A DNA stretch of 50,777 nt, filler included, from Catajapyx aquilonaris (Eukaryota), in assembly GCA_000934665.2 (NCBI GenBank). It is 2 parts of 2 records of this genome, joined end to end, with 100 filler letters (N's around TTAATTAATTAA, not from the genome) between each part and the next. Parts side by side here need not be neighbours in the genome. Positions count along the whole stretch, not along the records: positions 25,443 to 50,777 come from KZ539342.1; 1 more part is not named here. One strand, given 5' to 3'. The position numbers were made by a program, and so were the translations under genes. Positions 45,385 through 50,777 of the stretch are shown in pieces (position 1 is the first letter of the stretch; every line of letters starts with the position of its first letter). Below the pieces are notes generated by a model. The model did not search any database and was not told where the DNA came from. It saw nothing but the letters and a program-made list of their open reading frames with translations.

Positions 45385-47061
45385 TCACTTTTCCTCTGCA
45401 TGCATTCTCAGATGGCTTTTCAAAATACTCGACTGATTGAACCTTTTCTTGCAAACCTGGCAACCATATGGCTTCTCACCTGTGTGTTTTAGCATATGCT
45501 GCAATAAAGAAGTTGTGTTCCTAAACATCATCTTGCAAATCAGGCAATTGAATGGCTTCTCCCCGGTATGGGTTCTCATGTGACGCTTCCAATGTCCTGA
45601 CTGACTAAACTTTCTCTCACAAACCTCGCAACTGAATGGCTTCTCCCCAGTGTGGGTCTTCATGTGGGTATTCAAATTTCCTGACATACTAAACTTTCTG
45701 TCACAAACTTCACAACTGAATGGCTTCTCCCCTGTGTGGGTTCTCATGTGTGATTTCAAATCACCGGATCCAGTGAACTTTTTCTCACAAACCTCGCAAC
45801 TGAATGGCTTCTCCCCCGTGTGGGTCTTCATGTGGGTATTCAAATTTCCTGCCTGACTAAACTTTCTCTCACAAACCTCGCAACTGAATGGCTTCTCCCC
45901 CGTGTGGGTTCTCATGTGCTTATTCAAACTTCCTGACTCGCGAAACTTTTTCTCACAAACCTGGCAACTGCATGGCTTCTCCCCAGTGTGGGTTCTCATA
46001 TGCACATTCAAGTATTCTAACTTGCCAAACTTTCTCTGACAAACCTGGCAACGGTACGGCTTCTCCCCAGTGTGGGTTCTCATATGCCCATTCAAATGGT
46101 CTAACTTGCCAAACTTTCTCTGACAAACCTGGCAACTGTAGGGCTTCTCCCCAGTGTGGGTTCTCATGTGTGTATTCAAACTTCCTGAACGACTAAACTT
46201 TTGTTTGCAAATCAGGCAACTGAATGGCTTCTCCCCCGTGTGGGTTTTCATGTGTAGATTCAAACTTCCTGAACGACTAAACTTTTGTTTACAAATTATG
46301 CAACTGAATGGCTTCTCCTTCGTGTGGGTTCTCATGTGTGATTTCAAATGTCCTGACAGACTAAACTTTCTCTCACAAACCTGGCAACTAAATGGCTTCT
46401 CCCCCGTGTGGGTCTTCATGTGGGCATTCAAACTTCCTGGCAGACTAAACTTTCTGCCACAAACCTCGCAAATGAATGGCTTCTCCCCCGTGTGGGTTCT
46501 CATGTGATAAATCAAATGTCCTGACTGCCTAAACTTTCTCTCACAAACCTGGCAACTAAATGGCTTCTCCCCCGTGTGGGTCTTCATGTGGGTATTCAAA
46601 TTTCCTGGCAGACTAAACTTTCTCCCACAAACCTCGCAACTGAATGGCTTCTCCCCAGTGTGGGTTCTCATGTGTGATTTCAAATGTCCTGACATACTAA
46701 ACTTTCTGTCACAAACCTCGCAACTGAATGGCTTCTCCCCTGTGTGGGTTCTCATGTGTGATTTCAAATCACCGGATCCAGTAAACTTTCTCTCACAAAC
46801 CTCGCAACTGAAAGGCTTCTCCCCCGTGTGGGTTCTCATGTGTTTATTCAATTTTCCTGACACTCTAAACCTTCTCTCGCAAACCAGGCAACTGAATGGC
46901 TTCTCCCCTGTATGGGTTCTCATGTGCTGCATCAACCTACTTGGGAAACTATACTCCCTCTTGCAAATCCGACAAGAGTGACAACCCTTCCCCCCAAAGA
47001 GTCTCCCCTTGTGCATGTCTTGCTGGATTCCACTCCTCTTCTTCTCGTCAGCAGCTTTTCC
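45385..47061 (-). CDS. tandem C2H2 zinc-finger protein, 19-finger terminal exon (paralogue B)
   Basis: ORF 47016-45385 has 19 fingers. It shares the acceptor context (47064-47062), first and last fingers and flanks with paralogue A. Confidence 0.92.
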   Translation of the reverse strand, partial: GKAADEKKRSGIQQDMHKGRLFGGKGCHSCRICKREYSFPSRLMQHMRTHTGEKPFSCLVCERRFRVSGKLNKHMRTHTGEKPFSCEVCERKFTGSGDLKSHMRTHTGEKPFSCEVCDRKFSMSGHLKSHMRTHTGEKPFSCEVCGRKFSLPGNLNTHMKTHTGEKPFSCQVCERKFRQSGHLIYHMRTHTGEKPFICEVCGRKFSLPGSLNAHMKTHTGEKPFSCQVCERKFSLSGHLKSHMRTHTKEKPFSCIICKQKFSRSGSLNLHMKTHTGEKPFSCLICKQKFSRSGSLNTHMRTHTGEKPYSCQVCQRKFGKLDHLNGHMRTHTGEKPYRCQVCQRKFGKLEYLNVHMRTHTGEKPCSCQVCEKKFRESGSLNKHMRTHTGEKPFSCEVCERKFSQAGNLNTHMKTHTGEKPFSCEVCEKKFTGSGDLKSHMRTHTGEKPFSCEVCDRKFSMSGNLNTHMKTHTGEKPFSCEVCERKFSQSGHWKRHMRTHTGEKPFNCLICKMMFRNTTSLLQHMLKHTGEKPYGCQVCKKRFNQSSILKSHLRMHAEEK

Positions 47062-47156
47062 CTGAAATTAATGACACCTCATAAATGCGGGTGTATTTTG
47101 AAAAGAAGCTTTGGACTCAGTATGTTCGCCTTGAAATATTACCATCGTTACTCATC

Positions 47157-47406
47157 GACAAAAGATGCCAAATCCCGGGAGGCGTATCTGGCTATCTCCT
47201 CCTTCGTCTTCACGTTTGGCCTCTTGGGAGATTGTACTGCCACTTTTTGTCATCATATTTTCATCGTGTTCTTCTCGCATCTGACGATACACCTTCAATG
47301 AAAATATGATGAAAAAAGTGGCAGTGCAATACCTCCCAAGAGGCCAAACTTGAAGACGAAGGAGGAGATAGCCAGATACGCCTCCCGGGATTTGACATCT
47401 TTTGTC
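47157..47406. repeat. long hairpin: about 108-bp inverted arms with 33-nt loop
   Basis: 47157-47264 is a near-perfect reverse complement of 47298-47406. Confidence 0.92.
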
Positions 47407-47599
47407 ACCAGAGCTTCATAAAACTTCTTCACCTGCGTTGCCCTGAGTTGTAACATTGGTGGTAATCACTGACCCTCTTTATTGCATTTTATTTCTTCTC
47501 ACCTATTAACGTTTTTTCTTCTTATTTTTTTTCTTTCTTTTTTTAATAGAAACAATCACATAATTATGGGTCATAGTCCAGGTGCTAAGGGACAAATTT

Positions 47600-48875
47600 G
47601 ACCCAAACTTTGCATTTTGTGACAAAAGTATGAAACTCGGTTCATTTGTCCTTTGGACACTTCTGATCATATCTGGACGTGGAGCCATGATGACCCACCC
47701 CGGTGGTGGTCCATTTCGCAGGGTTTCCATAACTACCAGATGCAGCATCCTTTTAGGACCTTGTATTGGGTGACAAAAACATGAAACTCGCCACAATTGG
47801 TCTTTGGACACTTCTGAACATGTCTGGATGTGGGGCCATGATGACTGACCCCGCTGTGGGTCACTTGCAGGGTTACCAGATCTAACGGACCAAACAAACA
47901 TCTCTGCGAGGATCATGTGAATTGGGAGCTTGCATTCGGTGATAAAAACGTGAAACGCGGTACGGTAGTTCTTCGAACACATCTCAACATATCTGGACGT
48001 GGGGTCACGGTGGATGACCCCTGGTGGCCTCGCCAGGGGTCACTATCGCGGAGTTGCTAAATCGAACATGTGTTGCACACCTTTACATGAATAAGGGCCT
48101 TGCATTCGGTGATAAAACACTGCTAAAACATGAAACTCGCCCCAATTGGTCTTCGGACACTACTGAACATGTCTGTAAGTGAGGCCACTATGGATGACCC
48201 CGCTGAGGGTCACTCGCAGGGTTGCCAGATCTAATGGGCTCTCTAAGTAAACTATGTGAATAGGGAGCTTGCATTCGGTGACAAAGACGTGAAACTCGGT
48301 ACAATATAGTTTTTTGCACACTTCCGAACATATCTGGACCTGGGGACACGATGACCCACCCCGGTGGAGGGCATTATCATGGTGTTGCCAAATCTAACAG
48401 ACTGTGCAACATGCGTTTATATTTTGATAGGGAGCTTGCATTTGGTGACAAAGACGTGAAACTTGGTTGAATTGTTCTTTGGACACTTCCGAACATATCT
48501 GGACTTGGAGCCACGATGACCCACCCCGATGAAGGGCACTATAGCGGCGTTGCCATATCTGACAGACTGTGCAACATCCGTTTATATTTTGATAGGGAGC
48601 TTGCATTCGGTGACGAAGCAATAAAACTTGGTACGCTAGTTCTTTGGACACTTCCGAACATATCTGGACGTGGAGCCACGATGACCCACCCCGAGGGAGG
48701 GCACTATCGCAGGGTTGCCATATCTAACAGAATGTGCAACATGTGTTTATATATAAATAATGAGCGTGCATTCGGTGGGTCATCGTGGCTTCACGTCCAG
48801 ATATGTTCGGAAGTGTCCAAAGAACTAACGTACCAAGTTTTATGGCTTTGTCACCGAATGTAAGCTCCCTATTCA
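47600..48875. repeat. tandem array of about 150-180-bp units plus one inverted partial unit
   Basis: Recurring CATATCTGGAC(G)TGGAGCCACGATGACCCACCC at about 47668, 47819, 47988, 48168, 48329, 48494 and 48659. Reverse-complement unit at about 48775-48873. Confidence 0.85.
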
Positions 48876-49008
48876 TATGGAGTATTCCTAGGTTGCCCCG
48901 ACTATATAGGCCTCGTGCGTAACTACACTAGCGCGCTCTGTTGGGGAAAACGGCGACAAGCAGTGGGGGTGGGCACGCATAGTGTGCCTGTCGTCCAACA
49001 CATTCACC

Positions 49009-49121
49009 ATGGAATTAAGCGATGAAACGGCGGTTTCAAGTGCTCCTGTGCCACGACGGTCCAATACAAACTGTTGTGTGTACGGCTGCTCCAACACATA
49101 CAACCGTTGCCCTCCACATAT
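49009..49121 (+). pseudogene. truncated THAP-domain N-terminus, probably transposon-derived
   Basis: MELSDETAVSSAPVPRRSNTNCCVYGCSNTYNRCPPH contains the CCVxGCxN start of THAP domains. It breaks off at the foldback element. Confidence 0.5.
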
Positions 49122-50128
49122 AGTACGGCGGCTTATTGAAAGTATTATGCACTTCGAGCCTAAAGCGATTTTTTTTTTTTCGTGATGTACGCACCATAAG
49201 GAGCATTTTGAGGGTTGGAGCCACCTCCAAAGGTGTCTGGTAATAATTGTTGTACACCCCCGCAAAGTTTTATATGTGGCATAAGTGAAAATCGCGTGTT
49301 ATCTGCGTATTTGCTGGACTACGGTGGTCATTCTTGTGTCATTTCCCATGTTTTCAGGGTCTAGAAACTCAATTCTGGCAAAATCAGGTCGTTATAAGTG
49401 AAACCTGTCCATAACGGACCCTGAGTGTAACGGAAACCTGTCCATTCCGAATTTTTTTAAAGAACGGACATATGGACAGGTCGTCATGCATTCGCGGTAT
49501 ACTCCGAAATGAAAGCGAGTCCAGCCGGAATTTTCCGGAATGGACACGTTTCCGCTAAATACGGAAACCTGTCCATTCCGGACAGCAAAACGACACAATG
49601 ACGCCACGGAACCTTAGCACGGAACGACGAAAATCACGAACGATAATCCTTACACACACTCCTGATTAAGTTTGCATCAGATTTTCCGTATTTAGCGGAA
49701 ACGTGTCCATTCCGAAAAATTCCGGCTGGACTCGCTTTCATTTCGGAGTATACCACGAATGCATGACGACCTGCCCATATGTCCGTTCTTTTAAAAAATC
49801 GGAATGGACAGGTTTCCGTTACACTCAGGGTCCGTTATGGACAGGTTTCACTTATAACGACCTGATTTTGCCAGAATTGAGTTTCTAGACCCTGAAAACA
49901 TGGGAAATGACACCAGAATGACCACCGCGTAGCCCAACAAATACGCAGATAACACGCGATTTTCACTTATGCCACATATAAAACTTTGCGGGGGTGTACA
50001 ACAATTACCAGACACCTTTGGAGGTGGCTCCAACCCTCAAAATGCTCCTTATGGTGCGTACATCACGAAAAAAAATTAAAATCGCTTTAGGCTCGAAGTG
50101 CATAATACTTTCAATAAGCCGCCGTACT
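49122..50128. mobile_element. foldback-type element: about 446-bp inverted arms, 115-bp spacer
   Basis: 49122-49567 is a near-perfect reverse complement of 49683-50128, with an internal repeated motif GAAACCTGTCCAT. Confidence 0.88.
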
Positions 50129-50379
50129 CGAGCCGTGATCGTGGTGGAGGACAGCCCTCCCTGCTCGTTGAGGGTCTCTCTGACGCAGCAGACATGATGA
50201 CTGTCCTTTAAATTCCGCCCTTTTGTAAGTGAGGAAGTCCTGAAATGGTTGTCCTCAAATAAAAGGGCCTCAAACCCCAAACAGAGCGTTGTCNCCCCCC
50301 ATGCCACTTAAAAATTCAAATTTTTCTCTCCTTAATTTCATTTTATTTTATTCAAATTTTATATTCCAACTCTTAAAAC

Positions 50380-50777
50380 TTATGGTCGCCTCCGGAGGGC
50401 GGCCGCCCTTAGGCTTTTCTGCCTAGTGGCAAATCCGGCAATGGGAACCCCCCGACAAAATTTTGATTTAAAAAAAAAAATGATTTCGCCTTTATTTTTT
50501 ATTATTGTAGGCTATTTGAAAAATATTTGTTGGAACTTGCGGCCGCCATAGGCAAATTTCCTACTCTGCCCAATGGTAAATCCAGCGCTGCTTCCAGTCG
50601 CGTAATTATTTATTATTAATTTTTCGTTTACATTCTTTTGTGTGCCTAAATTTGCCGCCCCTTGAAATCTTCCGCCTAGGTAGGCAACTGCCTAGGTTGC
50701 CTTGCCGTAAATCCGGCGCTGGTTGTCATATGTCATGATGTCTGAGCAGTGGCGTAACCACGGTTTTGAGCTAGGGG
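50380..50777. mobile_element. cluster of short DNA-transposon termini remnants
   Basis: Repeated GTAAATCC(A/G)GCGCTG ends (50577-50590, 50707-50721), GCCGCC(C)..TAGG motifs and a CAGTGGCGTA start at 50747. Confidence 0.35.

Overview
Eukaryotic genomic DNA, most likely a protostome and probably an arthropod, judging from its intronless divergent ionotropic receptors. It is a draft assembly with two N gaps next to poly-G/C runs and an artificial 44N-TTAATTAATTAA-44N join at 25343-25442. Left of the join, all on the minus strand, are the 5' part of RPLP0, a complete 5-exon DNAJC27/Rbj gene, a complete ZNF704/ZNF395/Glut4EF-type C-clamp transcription factor gene, and the last exon of a PAS-kinase-like gene. 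Right of the join are two paralogous tandem C2H2 zinc-finger arrays (17 and 19 fingers), two tandem intronless ionotropic receptor genes with a pseudogene fragment, and many non-autonomous mobile elements and palindromes. The most notable observations are: (1) a dense cluster of perfect CRE palindromes and CCGGCCGG sites in the C-clamp gene introns; (2) a structured RTE-like non-autonomous retroelement in two copies, one inside a triple-nested insertion; (3) minisatellite-like finger shuffling between the zinc-finger paralogues; (4) a 250-bp hairpin at the zinc-finger duplication breakpoint. I cannot support any clearly new biological system from sequence alone. Gene identities rest on recognised motifs, not database searches.
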